From the human T2T-CHM13v2.0 reference genome, Homo sapiens: DNA of 64,000 nt. The notes under the pieces are model-generated. The model was not told the origin of the DNA. It worked only from the letters and a program-made list of their open reading frames with translations, and did not search any database. Position numbers and translations under genes: made by a program. Positions 48,736 to 63,255 of this stretch are shown here, one piece after another (position 1 is the first letter of the stretch; each line of letters begins with the position of its first letter). The stretch lies in NCBI RefSeq assembly GCF_009914755.1, contig NC_060940.1; one strand, given 5' to 3'.

Positions 48736-50692
48736 GTTTTCTGACAACATAAATAGCATAGCTATTTAAGGAAAAAGCCAAGGCCAGGAGCCACACCCCT
48801 TCCTTCAAGCCCACACTCATTCAGCTACCTCAGTTCTCTTTCCATTAAGGCTCTGTTCCTAAATAAGATCAGCTTAAAAATTAAGCAGGAAAACACAGTT
48901 GCTACTTGTTAAGGGGAATAATAGATTAACTTATTAATGGCTATTTTGACATGACCATGCCTCTGTTGATCAGGTTAGCTAAAGTAGCATTTAGGATAGA
49001 TACAGTTTGAAATGTGTCTGGAGTTTGAAGGAGTTGCTTGTGGCTATGTGGAAGGGTGTGAGTTGAAATGGAAATGGCAGGTGCAAAATGAAGGGTGAGG
49101 TAGGCCTGGAAAACTTTTATCTGCTTTGGTGTTTTTTATGATCTTGGCAGTCAGGTTCTAAAAGCTGCCTTTCATACAAAATAGTGAGTATTCCTTCAGT
49201 AATAGTAGGTACATAATAGATGCTCCATGAATGGAATGGGATGAATTTTATGGGATGGATGGATGGATGGAAAGAAGGTTAAATATTAAATGATACCAAA
49301 GGGTTGAACTTGATCTGTTAAATTGAAAACAGAAATGGAGGCTAATCCATTCATAAAACCACAGGGATATAACTAATAGTTTAGTAATATTAGAGAGTTA
49401 GGATGAATTTTACTGATTTATTTTAGAATCTAGGACTTCCAGTAGAATTTTCTTATGGCCCTGTTTGGTTTTAGATTATCGAATGGGATTTCACATGATT
49501 CGATAGAAGTATTTTTAAACCTATGATTTATTACTTTGACATTTAAATTATGTTTCCATGTTGTCAGTTGGAATTTACTTCTGTTATAGATTTTCTGGCT
49601 GACATAAGTAGAATGCTTTTGGTTACTTAAAAATGTTTTCATAGCCCTGTAAATTTAATCAATTATTGTCCTTTATGATTAAACTCTTCCTTTTTGTATT
49701 AACCATAATTATCCTTTGTATGTGTTACAGGAATAGTAGTTATCAGGTACTACAAATAACTTCTAGTTAAAACAGAACATGTCTAAATTTGGAGATATTT
49801 ATCAAACTCTAGTAGGAATTAAGTATAAGTCATGTTATGAAGAAAAACAATAAAACATTAATTTAGATCTCAAAATGATATTGTGTCTGTATTTGCCTCC
49901 AAGAAGAAAGGAGGAAAATAACATTTGTTAATTACGTGCTATCATATATATGTACATACATGCATAGGTGTGTATTTTTAACAAAACTAGCATCTATGTC
50001 CACATGTATGTCTTTAGAGAGACATTCTTATCTATAAAAATCTAAAGGAAAAATAAGATGAACAAAATCTGAGGGAAAAATAAGACATATCATTAGAAAT
50101 TGTCACTTCATAGTTCTTGTTAATAAAGTGACGTATGAAGCCCTGCTTGCAAGGTTTTCAAAATAATAGGAATTTTGAAATAATATATGCTCGAATTAAA
50201 TATAAATGTGTTAATTGTTTATTGGTGTATGATAAACGAAAGAGCAGTTGTCAAAATGCATGGTTTAAATTTATTATGAATTTTTTATTATTAGGCATAC
50301 CATTAGTAGTCTCCCTGTAAGTTCTACGGTTTTTTTAAAGCCAAGCAGATAAAATGTTTTGCTGATTTTACTGCTTGCATGTAAATTACAAAACTTAGTA
50401 AAAATCTGAAGCATCTTTATCCTCAGAAAGAGTTGATATGTATGTAACTTATTGCGAATTTCAAATAAGATTTACAGTTTCATTTTTAAGAATGGTACCT
50501 TTATATGAATCATGCTAGTAAGGTTTATCATTGACAAATAGATGTACCATATTTTATTGAATCTAAAGTGTCATTGATTATAAAACAGACACACCATTAA
50601 TTTTATGTGTCAGTAGAAGACAAATATTGCCAGTTAAAACTATGGCATGTCATTGATTATTAAATGATTCCTGATTGCAGAGATGTTCGTAA

Positions 50693-51006
<314 letters not shown>

Positions 51007-52535
51007 AACAATACATATCTGTTAAGAATTCAACTGTGCTGATAAATGTATTGGCTGATTAATACGTAGCTAACAACTTGGATCCTTATTTCTTACTTAC
51101 ATTAAATACATCAGTAAATTCAGCCTTTCTGAAAAAGGATGTCCAACTTTAAACAGGAAGTAATAGTCTAAGTTCCCAAAAGCTTATAATACAATGTAAC
51201 TTTCGCATATTTAAGGATTACAGTTTTAACTCCCTTTTAATACATGCTTGTTTTTCTAAGATGAGTTTAAGCTTGGGGTCTTGAGTTGAACTTTAAATGG
51301 GCATCATTTCACTGAGCGTGTGTATGTGTGTGTGTGTTTTGAGTTTATATTTGAGGACTTAAAAATAGGCTCAGTACCTTTCACTGAGCTTGCAAAGAAA
51401 AAATAATGTGACATTATATTTTTGCCTTTTTTTTCTCTTATGATGAATTGGATGTATTAATTACAACAAATGGACTAATTGGGTAAGATTCATTGTTTGT
51501 CCAATTATTGGAATGAGAGAATCAACAGGGGGCAATTACAGATTGATGCAGTGTAGAACACAGCTTGTTGCACAGCAAGTAGTACTAACACTTGGGCAGG
51601 ATTGAAATAAGTGCATAAATTACATCTGAAAATCAAATATAGACATATTAAGTATAAACATTGTGGTTTTCTACTGCCTATACTTATCAAATGAATTTAC
51701 ATTTCAAATTCATACTTTAGTTTGAAATTGCCCTTTGCTGTCAGAAACATCCTATGTTTTGATATTTAGGTTTTTTCCTTGCCTGAGTATCTGTTGCTAC
51801 ATTTTGCTAACATTGATAACAGATCCTTTTAATGTTTTCAAGACCAAAATTTGCATAAAGCTTTTTATTATTAATATATTCTGTATCACTTTGTTGCTTT
51901 CTTTGGGGATATTTCTCCTTAGACTAGCAAACTATCAGTTTATTTGAAGCATGTATTTATAATGAAATTTTATTTTAGAATTAATATAGTAAACTCTTTG
52001 TAATCCATGATGGAAGAATGGAGTGTTCTATAGCAATTGGGTGTTTTGCTTAACTGATTTTATTTTTTCTGCTACTGAAACATCTGATTTCCTTCAGATA
52101 ACATTTATGGCTATCTGTTGTCATTGTATACATAATAGAGATTTCTGATTTTATGAAAGTCAGGTAAATTTTAATCTTTAAAATTTACTAAAAGATAATA
52201 TAGTTTCATATTTCTCTTTTGTCATTATGTTAATTGATATTAGATATCTGTTAACTGGTTGGAGTATATGTGTCATTTTATTTTAAAATCAATAAGGTAT
52301 GTTGGAACTCATAATCTGAGAATAAAGGGATCATCTTTTGGAACTGAACACTGCCTGTCTGTATGGTGGGACCAATACCTACCTGCCTTGCCTGTCTCAG
52401 AGTTTTTCTCAGAATCAACTGAGGTACTGTAGGCAAAAGCACTTTAAAATTTTAAGTGTTCTATAAATATAAAATAGTTGTATTATTCTGAATATTTGTT
52501 TCTAGAGTTTTCTATACTAATTTTTACTCTCCGAG

Positions 52536-53405
52536 CCAGTGGTTCCCAAACCTGGTAGAGCACCAGAACTCTTAGGGAATATTTTAAAAGTCATATTAGA
52601 GTCGTTTTTAGATCAGAATCCTGGGTTTGGGACCCACAAAACTGGATGGGTTATTTTTTTCTTACTTTTATTTTGAAGTAATGTCAGAAGTACAAAAATA
52701 GGTCAGAGTTCCCTTAAGCTCTTCACTCACCTTCCTCAAATGTTAACATCTTATGAACCATAGCATGATTATCAAAACCAGGAAATAAACATTTTAATAA
52801 TCCTGTTAACCAATCTGCAGACCTCATGCAAGTTTTGTCGGTTCCCCTTTTTTTGTTGGCCAGGATCCAATTCAGGATCCTACATTTCATTTTGTTGTCA
52901 TATCTCCTTAGTCTCCTTCAATTTAGGATAGCTCCTCAGACTTTTTTCTTTTATGATGTTTTCATTTTTGTAACATACTGGCCAGTTATTCTGTAGAATG
53001 TACATCAATTTGAGTTTGTTGGGCATTTTCTCATAAAGAATCTGTATTTTATTTTATTTTTGAGACAGAGTCTTGCTTTGTCGCCCAGGCTGGAGTACAG
53101 TGGTGCAGATCTTGGCTTACAGCAACCTCTGCCTCCCAGGTTCAAACGATTCTCCTGCCTCAGCCTCCCAAGTAGCTGGGATCACAGACATGTGCCATCA
53201 CGCCTAGCTGATTTTTGTATTTTTAATAGAGATGGGGTTTCGCCATGTTGGCCAGGCTGATCTTGAACTCCTGACCTCAGGTGATCCTTTCTCCTCGGCT
53301 TCCAAAAGTGCTGGGATCACAGGCGTGAGCCACCACACCTGTCTAGAATCTGTATTTTAAATAGCTTTCATGAAGCTTTCCCCAAACACTTAGGCACTGC
53401 TGATC
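52536..53405. mobile_element. MER5-like hAT DNA element split by L1 (about 52655-53035) and Alu insertions
   Basis: Starts cagtggttcccaaacc...atcagaatc; resumes gaatctgtattttaaa...cactgc after the Alu. Confidence 0.5.
53047..53344 (-). mobile_element. Alu (AluS-like)
   Basis: Antisense dimer; TSD agaatctgtatttt. Confidence 0.92.
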
Positions 53406-53576
53406 TGACACCAACCTAATTAATTGTGCCTCTGTAATATTACCTAGATACCATTTTAGAATCTATAATAAATTGGTAAGGTTTACAGTTTTCAAGGTTC
53501 ATTGTAAATAACCCTATTTCTAAAATCTCTCTCTCTAGATAGATAGATCATTTTATTTAAAAAAAAATTATAATAT

Positions 53577-53694
53577 TTTAGAAATAGGGTTTTACTTTGT
53601 TTCCCAGGCTGGCCTCGAACTCCTAGGCTCAAGTCTTCTCCCACTTCAGTCTACCAAGTAGCTAGAACTACGGGTGCATACCACTGCGCCTGGC
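53577..53694 (-). mobile_element. FLAM-like monomer
   Basis: Antisense monomer. Confidence 0.75.
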
Positions 53695-53701
53695 TTATAC
53701 T

Positions 53702-53705
53702 CTTT

Positions 53706-53749
<44 letters not shown>

Positions 53750-53758
53750 TTTTTTTTT
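53702..53758. repeat. (TTTC)n tetranucleotide repeat
   Basis: Read directly. Confidence 0.95.
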
Positions 53759-54999
53759 AATTCAGAATTACTGGGGTTTTTTAAAATCTAATTTTAAAAT
53801 GCCACCCAAATTAACCCAGAATTGTATCAGTCAAAAATGATTTCAGAATTGACTTTTTTCCTATCATGGAAACGTACCCTTTTTAAATAGAAAAGGCACG
53901 TGTAACATTTTGGATTTAGAAGGTTTAGTAGGGAAATACTATATATCTGAAATATCTCTTACAAAGTTAGAATCTGAAAACGATTTTTGCATGGGTTGTT
54001 AAAAATGACTAATGAGTTCATGAAATAAGATGCTATTCCAGACATGTAGAACAATGTTGGAAGAATAATACAGAATATGTGGAAAATAAAGTGAAAGTTG
54101 TTTTTTTGTTTTTAAGTAAAATTTTCAAATAATTAGTATAACAAAAGGCTTATCTGAGGTGTGATGGGAAACATTTTTATCTAACCTAACCCCACCACTC
54201 AAAAGGGCAAGTGTTTAAGATTTATTTGGTAGTTAGTATTTATTTATTAGTATTTTCTAGAGATTTAGGTAATATTTATCTATAAAAATGTTTAAGCAGC
54301 TTAGTCCTTTGTCCTTAGAGAATCTTCATTTAATCATTAACCCTTATGCTATTGTAAAGGAATAGCGGAACCAGTTCATAGTCATTTGTAAATTTTAAAA
54401 AAATTTAAATATCTCCGCCTCTCATTTCATTGAAGTTTTTATTCATTGGGATTTGAATGAATAAGATATTGCATCAGAATGTGCATTCACGTAATTCATT
54501 TAGCTTATCAAACATTGAAAAAATACCTTTTTAAGCAATATATGAAGGGTATTAATAGGCCATGATTTCCATTTCATGGGAGATTGTTATTTAAACAACT
54601 ACACTCTCCGTGTGTTGTTCTCATCTACAAACTATTTGAAAATACACATTTAAGTTGGAGATTGATAGCAAGTAGGAGGAAGTATCAAATATGTATTTTT
54701 ACTACCCAGTTTTATTTAGTATTGTCCCTTACTTTGCCATTAAAAATCATCTGCACCAGTGCCTTAGGATGTAGCAAATATTCACAAGCAAAGTAACGGA
54801 TACCCTTAGGAGGCGGTTCGTACTGGGAGAGGCATGAGAGGGGACTTCTGGGAAACTAATGCCTTGTTTCTTGATCTGGAAGCTGGCTACACAGATATTT
54901 TCTGTTTGAGAAAATTGAGCAGTACTCTTACGTTTGCACTTTTCTGACTTTGCATTACACTTTAATATTAGTAAACTTGCACTGATAGGGTTACGGAAA

Positions 55000-57170
55000 A
55001 TGAGAGATTGGATTGGGTGCATATTGAGGTTGTGATACCTATGAGATACCCATATGTATATGTGTAATAAGCAATTAGTTATATGAACATGAAGCGTGGG
55101 GAAAAAATCTGAAATAGAGATAAGAGATTTGAGGATCTTTAACTTCTAGGTAGTAGTTAAGAAAAGATTAAATTAAATCTCTCAGGGAGAGACAGGAAGG
55201 CGGCTGAAGACAGAACTTTGAGAGAAACCAAAGTTTAACAGGCTAGCAGAGAAGAATTGTCAATGACTGAATCCTACGGAAAACTAACATTCAAGGCGTA
55301 GATGCAGGAAGAAGAGCCAAAATTTAGTAAAAGCAAGTTTAGTGAGAACCAGAAGACTCTTGTGTCAGGGAGCCAAGAAAGGGGCCAAAAGGAAACAGTT
55401 ACACGTTAGGACTTAGTTACACATTATGATTTTTTAAAGCTCTGTTGGATTTGCCATTTTAAAAGTCTTTTGAGTCCTTAAGCATTAGAAGTTTAGGCTT
55501 TGGAGTGAGGCATACTTAGTTTCTGTCTCTGTTCTTACTATTTCTGTGACTTTGAGCAAGTTATTTAACTTCTCTAGGCCTCAATTTCTTCTTATAAAAT
55601 AATAGTACTTCCCTTTTAAAATTGTATGAACATCAAGTGAGAGAATGCATGTAAAGTCAGCACAGAGGCTGACTCATAGTAAACATTGAATAAATGGAAG
55701 CTATGAATATTAAAAGTAGTTTTGAGAGTTGAGATTATAGTTGGTTGAGGAATGAAACGGAAATGACTCTTGAGAACTTTGGATACAAAGGAGGAAGAAC
55801 AAGGTCATATGGGGTCTAACAGTAAATATAGCCTCAAGGGAGATTTTTATTTTAGGAAAGAAACTAGAGGAGGAAAAGGGACTAGAACAGAGAGGAAATA
55901 AGCAGTGAAAGTGGTGAGAGGGAATGAAGTGTAACTATGGTTGGTTCCTTAATGTTGCTTCAGAATATCTTTGTGTTTCTTCTGATTTCCTGCTTCCAAC
56001 ATAAGCTGTATTTCTTACTGTTATTTACTTTCTTCACATATTCAGAACAGTGGCGGGTGAGACACCAAGTAAGAATTACCATTATTCTGTTGAATGTGGT
56101 AATCATACCAATACAAGAATAATATAGGGAAAAAGCATTCTATAACTTTTTCTCACCTGAAGTCTAGTCATCCAGTCAATAACCAAGTCCTGTTGGTTCT
56201 ACTTCCACAATAAAAAATTATATCTTTCTTTACCTCTTCATCCACATTCCCACAGCCCTAGATTACCATCTTTTTCTCTCCCCTGAATTGTCATTTGCCT
56301 TATCATCGGTTTCCCTTCCTTGCATTTCACTTCCTTGTCATCACATTGCCCCCTTGCTTACAATTCTTATATCTTCCAACTGCTTTATTTTTTTTATTTA
56401 TTCAAAATAACTCACTGCCTATTCATTAAACATTTGCTGCCAGTGATGAACAAGACAGATTCCTTTTAAATTCTTGCTCTCAAGAGCTTAAAAGCTGCCC
56501 TTAAAATGTGAACTCTTTGTGTGTCATACAAGGCCTTCTGTGATCTTCACCCATTCTGGTTGTCCAGCTGTCTGCTGCCTCCTTCTGGGGTACTCTGTGT
56601 ATTCCTGTCATGCTATTACCACTGCATGTTCTCCTCACTCTTCTGTGGTATCCCCCTACCTGGAATGTACTCTGCCGCTTCTTTCACTACCTGTTAAACT
56701 TCTTTTCATCATATCAAATGTTGTCTTTTCTGTAAAGCCCCCTTTACTCTTCAGTAAGCGTGAGCACTTCTTCCTTTGTGTTCACATTGCATCCTGTGCT
56801 AACCCCCACTTTGGCATTTTAGCTGTGATCATAGTCTAACTATGATACTTTAAGGTTAGGAACTGTGTCACTATATTTTCAAATCCTAGAGCCTAGGAAA
56901 GTGCTTGGCATAGAATAATTAGAAGTTGTTAGCATTAGTTGAGAAATCACTATGCATCAAGACTGTGCTAAGAGCCAATATACATTATCCCACTTAATTC
57001 TCAGCAACAGCAGATGTAGTTATTATGATATCCCTATTTTCCAGGCAAGGAAACTAAGGCCAAAAGAGATCAAGTAATTTGCCCAATGTCTCACAGATAG
57101 GTACATGGTGGAGTCAGGGTTTAAATCTTTGACCCTGTGTTTTCAAAGTGCATGCTCTTAACCTCCAAAT
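55000..57170. mobile_element. Mosaic of L2 and MIR fragments
   Basis: MIR cores at about 55490-55710 and 56930-57170; L2-like text at about 55000-55480 and 56150-56920. Confidence 0.5.
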
Positions 57171-57802
57171 TCTCCTACATTAATAAATAGTTGTTGAAAG
57201 AATTCTGATATCTTTCTGATAAATCATACCTGAAAGTATTGGGGAGATTTTCCATTTTTATAATACAGATATTTAAAATAGTACGTTGCTGATTAATAAT
57301 TACCGTGGTTTAAAATCATGCCCCTGCATCTGTTGAAGCAGATAAGGAAATGTGAGAGTTATGTTTTTATACCTCTCATCAAGACAAAAAAACCCACTTT
57401 CATTTTAGATAGCTCCATCTGGTGTGTATATATGTAAATATCAATATATATATAAACATACATATATGACGATATACTGACACATACATGCTTTAGGAAT
57501 ATAAAAAATAATAGTTCTTATGCTTAGGAACATACAGTACAGATAAGATAAGCCTTAACATAAGTGAAAGAATTAAAGAACAACAAATTGTTAAAGTGCC
57601 TTAAGTAATTGTCTTTCTACTGTAGAGCAGAAGGAAGTAGAGGCTTTTAACGAATAGGGGGATTCAAGGAATCAAGTGGAATATGAATTTAATAAGAGAA
57701 AAAAATCTGTCATTGGAAATCTGCAAGATAATAAAGTAAACACAGTTGTATCACCTCACATTTTTCCTATGAAAAGTAATCTTAAGCCTAAAAAACAAAT
57801 AA

Positions 57803-58162
<360 letters not shown>

Positions 58163-58434
58163 TACTTGACTGCCTTTCTGTGTTTAGAAGTACATTAATT
58201 GTACTTCTGAGTACATTAATTATACTTCCAAACATAGAATTGGATGGTGTTTGTTCCATTAGAATAGAGTTTATGTTTTGAAAATGTCAACGTGGATTTC
58301 AGGATGATTATCATCCTTGGTTGGACATGCAAGTGATATAAAGTGGAAGAAAGTTTATCATGACAATCTTAATTTAATCAAATTTAGGAAAATTCAAAGA
58401 ATTCATACTTTTTATTCTTTTCCTCTTGAAACAG

Positions 58435-58546
58435 CAAACTCATTATTACATTGGGTAAGAAACAAAAAAGAAAGAATGAGTCTTCAGATGAAATATCTGA
58501 TGCAGAACAGATGCCACAGCATACATTAAAAGATCAAGACTCTCAA
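58435..58546 (+). CDS. CHD9: CHD9 coding exon, 112 nt ((G)KLIITLGKKQKRKNESSDEISDAEQMPQHTLKDQDSQ)
   Basis: Polypyrimidine tract ending acag| and donor CAA|gtgagt. The phase-2 start completes the Gly codon (GG+C) left by the previous exon. Confidence 0.95.
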
Positions 58547-61500
58547 GTGAGTATTACAATTTTTTCTAGAAATGAAACACTGTTAGAATGATTTAGTTAG
58601 CATAATATTGCCTTATAGATATTTACACTTTAGTTAGAAGTAAAAATACATTTTGTAGTATGGTAGAAGTTGAAGGTAGCATTATTACAATATGTCCTGG
58701 TAATATTACCATAGAATATTAGATGTGGGAGGAAACTAACATATCCTCTCCAGACCCCTCATTTTTCAGATAATGAAACTGAAGCCCAGAGAGGTTAACA
58801 ATACAAAGTCCTTGATGGCTTTTAGCATGGAGGAGTATTTAGTGATACTATCCTGTGCTTATAGAGTTCTTTTGAATGAACGTGATGGACATAGTAATTT
58901 TTTAAATCACATACAAATGACAGAGCAAATGGATTGAATCATTCCTAGAAATAATTCCTTTGGTCTGTTTTTGTGAAGAAAAGATAACTGACTATATTAA
59001 AAATCCCGTAACATAGACAGAAGAAATACTATGCATTTTGCCTTTTTTTTTTTTTTTTGAATAGGTGGATATTCAAAATAACCCTCTGAAGTTAAAATTA
59101 TATATAGTGAAGGTCATAATAATCCAGGCCACCCTCTGCTCTCTAATAACTAAAGTATGACTGTAGGCCGTAGGGGTGGTGGCAGTTGTGAATTATGGGG
59201 CCAGAAAGCCCCTGAATGGCCTTTCTTCTTCCTTATGCAGCTTCTTATCCAATGGGAGAGTAGTGGCTCAAGGCTCCTGGGCTGCTGCAAGAGTTGAGGT
59301 AAGGGCAGTGACTGAAGCTCCTAATATTACATGGCCTGGCTTTTTCATCATATGTTATCCTTAACTTAGGCAAACTTATATTTAACTTATTCCATATGAT
59401 TAAATTTAGTTTAATTTTTGCTGGAATAATGCTGGCCATTTTTCCATTATGTAATTTTCAAACAATGACATGGTAGGCTAGGTCAACATGAACATTTCTT
59501 CCATGTTTTTCACTGTAGTATTAGGTTGTTTTGACAGGTGTGTTGCTTTAACACACACACAAAAAATGGTGAAGGTAAAAATATTTTCTAATAGTTATAA
59601 ATCTACATTATTGATATATTTGATTGTGTCATTAAATAAATGATGGAAAGATCCATGTAGCTTTTAACCACGTTGGAAACTAATTAAGGTTTGGAATCAG
59701 CTGGAAATCTAAAAATGTGATTTGGTATTTAATTTTGTTACCTTTAATCTTAATAGAGAATATTACAGTAGTCCAACTATATTTAGAGACCTAAATTAAA
59801 AAGAAATATGCCCCTGCAACAGAGTATACTATTAGGAATATTATAGGAAAGAAGTGCAATGTTAAAATAGTGAAGTACTATATTAGTCACTTAAAACGTG
59901 CTTCTAACCTCCTATGTAAAGTGCTGTGGGCTGATCTGTTGAAGCCTTTAAGACTTAAGAAGCTAAAAATAAGAAATTAAAAGGGACAATTTATCAGGAT
60001 TTTAAGTTGTGCTTTAAAAAACATTATGGAAAAAGAAAGCCAGAAAAAGCACATGCCAAAAATGTGGACATAAGATTCATTTTTATGTTTTTAAACTAGT
60101 AGCGACGTTCTATGGTGAAGAAAGATAATTGGTGAGAATGATACCTTATTTGGCTTTACCTAAGTAATGTGTAACTATGTCCTCTAGTGGAGTGTAATTT
60201 ATGGTAAAATCTTCTATAATCTCATAATTCATAGACTTTTAAATTAATCTGTTAGGCAAAGTCTTTGTAGGATGAGGGAACAGTTTACAATAAGTAGCCT
60301 TCATTCTATCTGAGTGCACTTTTGTGAGCTTAAAAGATTCTTTGAGGTCACTCATTTACTATTTACTAAAAACTCAGTGAGTTATCTCTAAGTACTAATA
60401 GATGTCTTAAGTGGCCAGAAAGGAAACTAATGCTGAAAACTTCTAACAGAATTTTCTAAAAATGTACTGAACTATTCTCAAATTTCATTACTTAAAAGTC
60501 ATGCCTAATGAGACATTGATAATATATCACAGTTGTTTATTAATTAAAACTATTCTTGAACATTAAGATCTATATGGTGCCCATAATAGAATTCTAAATA
60601 TTCTTTTAGCCTAGTGTTAGAAATCCATAGAATTCCCCCCTCCTAGAGAATAATAGTAATTCATATCGTTTTCAAAATAGGATGAAGGAAAATTGGGTTT
60701 CTAGTAGCCCTTTAATTAGAATTTTTATATGTCACCAGGCTGTGTTATTTTGAGGTTTGAAATGTCAATGTCTTCATGGCCAAGAGACATTCGACCCATC
60801 CTACATGAGGCATGGTGTTATCTAGTACATTTGGCTGACCATATGAGTGCCTTTCTTTCTCTCAGTATTTTACTACTCACAAGAGAAAGGGGCAGAGGCA
60901 TGACTGCATGCATATAGTTTGTCACCACACTGTAGCAGTGACTCAGCCATTTTTGTCATGGCTGTGAAGGTAAATTAAAGACTTGCCAAATAGAAGACAG
61001 GCAGAAACCAGAAGAACTTGTGGTTTATTTTGCTGGTTCCATTTTTTGGAAGTGTCATGAAGTTACTAAATATATAGAAGAAATTGGACTAGAAAAAAGA
61101 AGAGATTTGCCAAATATTGAGCAATTGAACAGTTGGTTGAGATGCCACTACCCGCATGAAATGTCTCTACCCCATGAGATTACAAGGGAAATTTAAAAAA
61201 TAAACCTAAGCCCTTTGGGATTTTGAAATTTTTATCTTTATTGTAAACACCAAAAGAGATGTAACTTTGTTTTTGTTTTTTAAGTTCTCCTTGAAATATA
61301 AAACTTTTGAAACAAATATTAGATATTTAGGGAGGTAAGTAAAGCCATGTATATTTGATTCCAGATTTAAAATTACTTAGATTATTTAAAAATTATCTTA
61401 CTACATGTAATACTTTGTAAAAGGCTTAGTTTTGTGTGATGATAGTGATGTCTTTTATATTTAAGGAAAGCTACTAAAGTTAGTGAAACAGTTTCTTCTT

Positions 61501-62156
61501 TCATTCAAAATTATTTGGTAGATTTAATGCTTTCTTATTTTGTGCATTTCTTTTTAAATATTTTATATTATGTTATTCTGCTTTAAACACAGTTTCATGT
61601 GTTTTGGCAAACACTATTTAATTTATTCTTCTAGATTTATACCCCCAATTAATTCTATACCCAATATTCATCTGATACACTTTTTAGGTTTTGGACTAAA
61701 ACTGTGAAATTATTAATAGTTTAAATATTTATTGCCCAAGTTATGACATAGTTAAATAAAACAGATACCTTTTTATTCTTAACAATAGTTTCTAAAGAAA
61801 AGTAATGTAGTAATAAAGGTATTCCTAATAAAATATATTTTGCCCAACCTGTGAAATAATTTTTTTAAAAAACAGACATCTCTTTATTCTTAATGATTTC
61901 CAAATTAACATAATAAAAGTATTACTAATATTTGTTGTTTGAAATTGTAGGAAGTAGAACTGTAGGAAGATTGTAAGCCTGTGGCAAATGGCAAATTATA
62001 ATCTTCCTCTAATTAAAAACAAAATAGGAAAAGATAGTACATTGAGTGTCATGTTGAAAATTTAATATACAAAATTGCCAACTCTAGGGGTAATTATTTT
62101 CAAAAACTTTTCTTCAAAATAAATTATATAAATCTGATTCTTGTGGTTCATTACAG

Positions 62157-62303
62157 AAAAGAAGATCAAATCGACAAATTAAAAGAAAAAAATACGCAGA
62201 AGATATAGAAGGGAAGCAATCTGAAGAAGAGGTTAAAGGTTCTATGAAAATAAAAAAGAATTCAGCTCCTTTACCTGGTGAACAGCCTTTACAATTGTTT
62301 GTG
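62157..62303 (+). CDS. CHD9: CHD9 coding exon, 147 nt (KRRSNRQIKRKKYAEDIEG...GEQPLQLFV)
   Basis: ttacag| acceptor and GTG|gtaagc donor; phase 0 to 0. The KRRSxRQxKRKKY motif is shared by CHD6-9. Confidence 0.96.
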
Positions 62304-62809
62304 GTAAGCATATTTGGGATTATGACTGCAAAACATTTTAAACCGACATAAATTCTATAAATACTTGCATTGTTTTTCCTACTAAAAATTGCTCTAACTT
62401 ATCCTTCCGGATTCCATATTATTAGTTAATTGAGTCATTCAAATTAGAAACCTAGGGATTCATTCTCTCTTCATTTTCCTTTGCCTCTTCATTCAGGTTG
62501 TCACTACACTTTCTACCTCCTAAATATATGTTCTTGAAATTCTTCAAACTATCTTTTCTGCAGAATATTTCTAAATTACAAGTTTAATCATATTATTTTT
62601 CTACTGAAAACTCCTCTAATAGTTTCCTAAACCTTACAAAAATAACGATACCTTTTTAGCAGTGTATAAACCCCTTTGTCTGGATTTTCTGGCGTCATCT
62701 TCTGCTACTTCTCCATAAGCACTTAGTCCTCTGTTTTATGAACACGTTTGCCTGAATGCCATATGTGCTTCCCTCGTCTATGATTTTTTAAGTCCCCCTT
62801 ATATGCATT

Positions 62810-62985
62810 ATGACCCAACCACTCAGCCACTAGCTGAGTACCTTGGGCAAGTACTTATTTAACTATGCCTAAATTTCCTAATCTGTAAAATGGAAATGAT
62901 AATAATGAAGATAATAGATTAAATTAATATATGTAAAATGCTTAGAATAATGACCAGCACATTAAAAAGCACAATATGTTTGCTA
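62810..62985 (+). mobile_element. MIR
   Basis: ccttgggcaagtac...aatctgtaaaatggaaatgataata. Confidence 0.7.
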
Positions 62986-63186
62986 CAGAGATAATGCAGG
63001 TGATGAAAAGGACAATGACAATGATATATTTTTTTCATTTTTGTATTTCTAACACGTAACATAGTGTCTAGCATATATGCTGTATAAATATTTGTTGAAT
63101 TGTAGTATGTTCATCAACATACAAAGTGGCAACTAAAAGATCTTTCAGAATGTGTTCTGTCATTATTTCTTTCCTCCCTCCCATAG

Positions 63187-63255
63187 GAGAATCCGAGTGA
63201 AGAAGATGCTGCAATTGTAGACAAAATTCTATCTTCTAGAACCGTAAAAAAGGAA
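63187..63255 (+). CDS. CHD9: CHD9 coding exon, 69 nt (ENPSEEDAAIVDKILSSRTVKKE), start of chromodomain 1
   Basis: ttcctccctcccatag| acceptor and GAA|gtaagt donor. ENPSEEDAAIVDK is the CHD6/8/9 chromodomain-1 entry sequence. Confidence 0.96.

Noticed and set aside
58187-58228. 8-bp-arm palindrome GAAGTACA-TTAAT-TGTACTTC with an adjacent partial copy
   Set aside because: Short and AT-rich; a local duplication with no supporting context.
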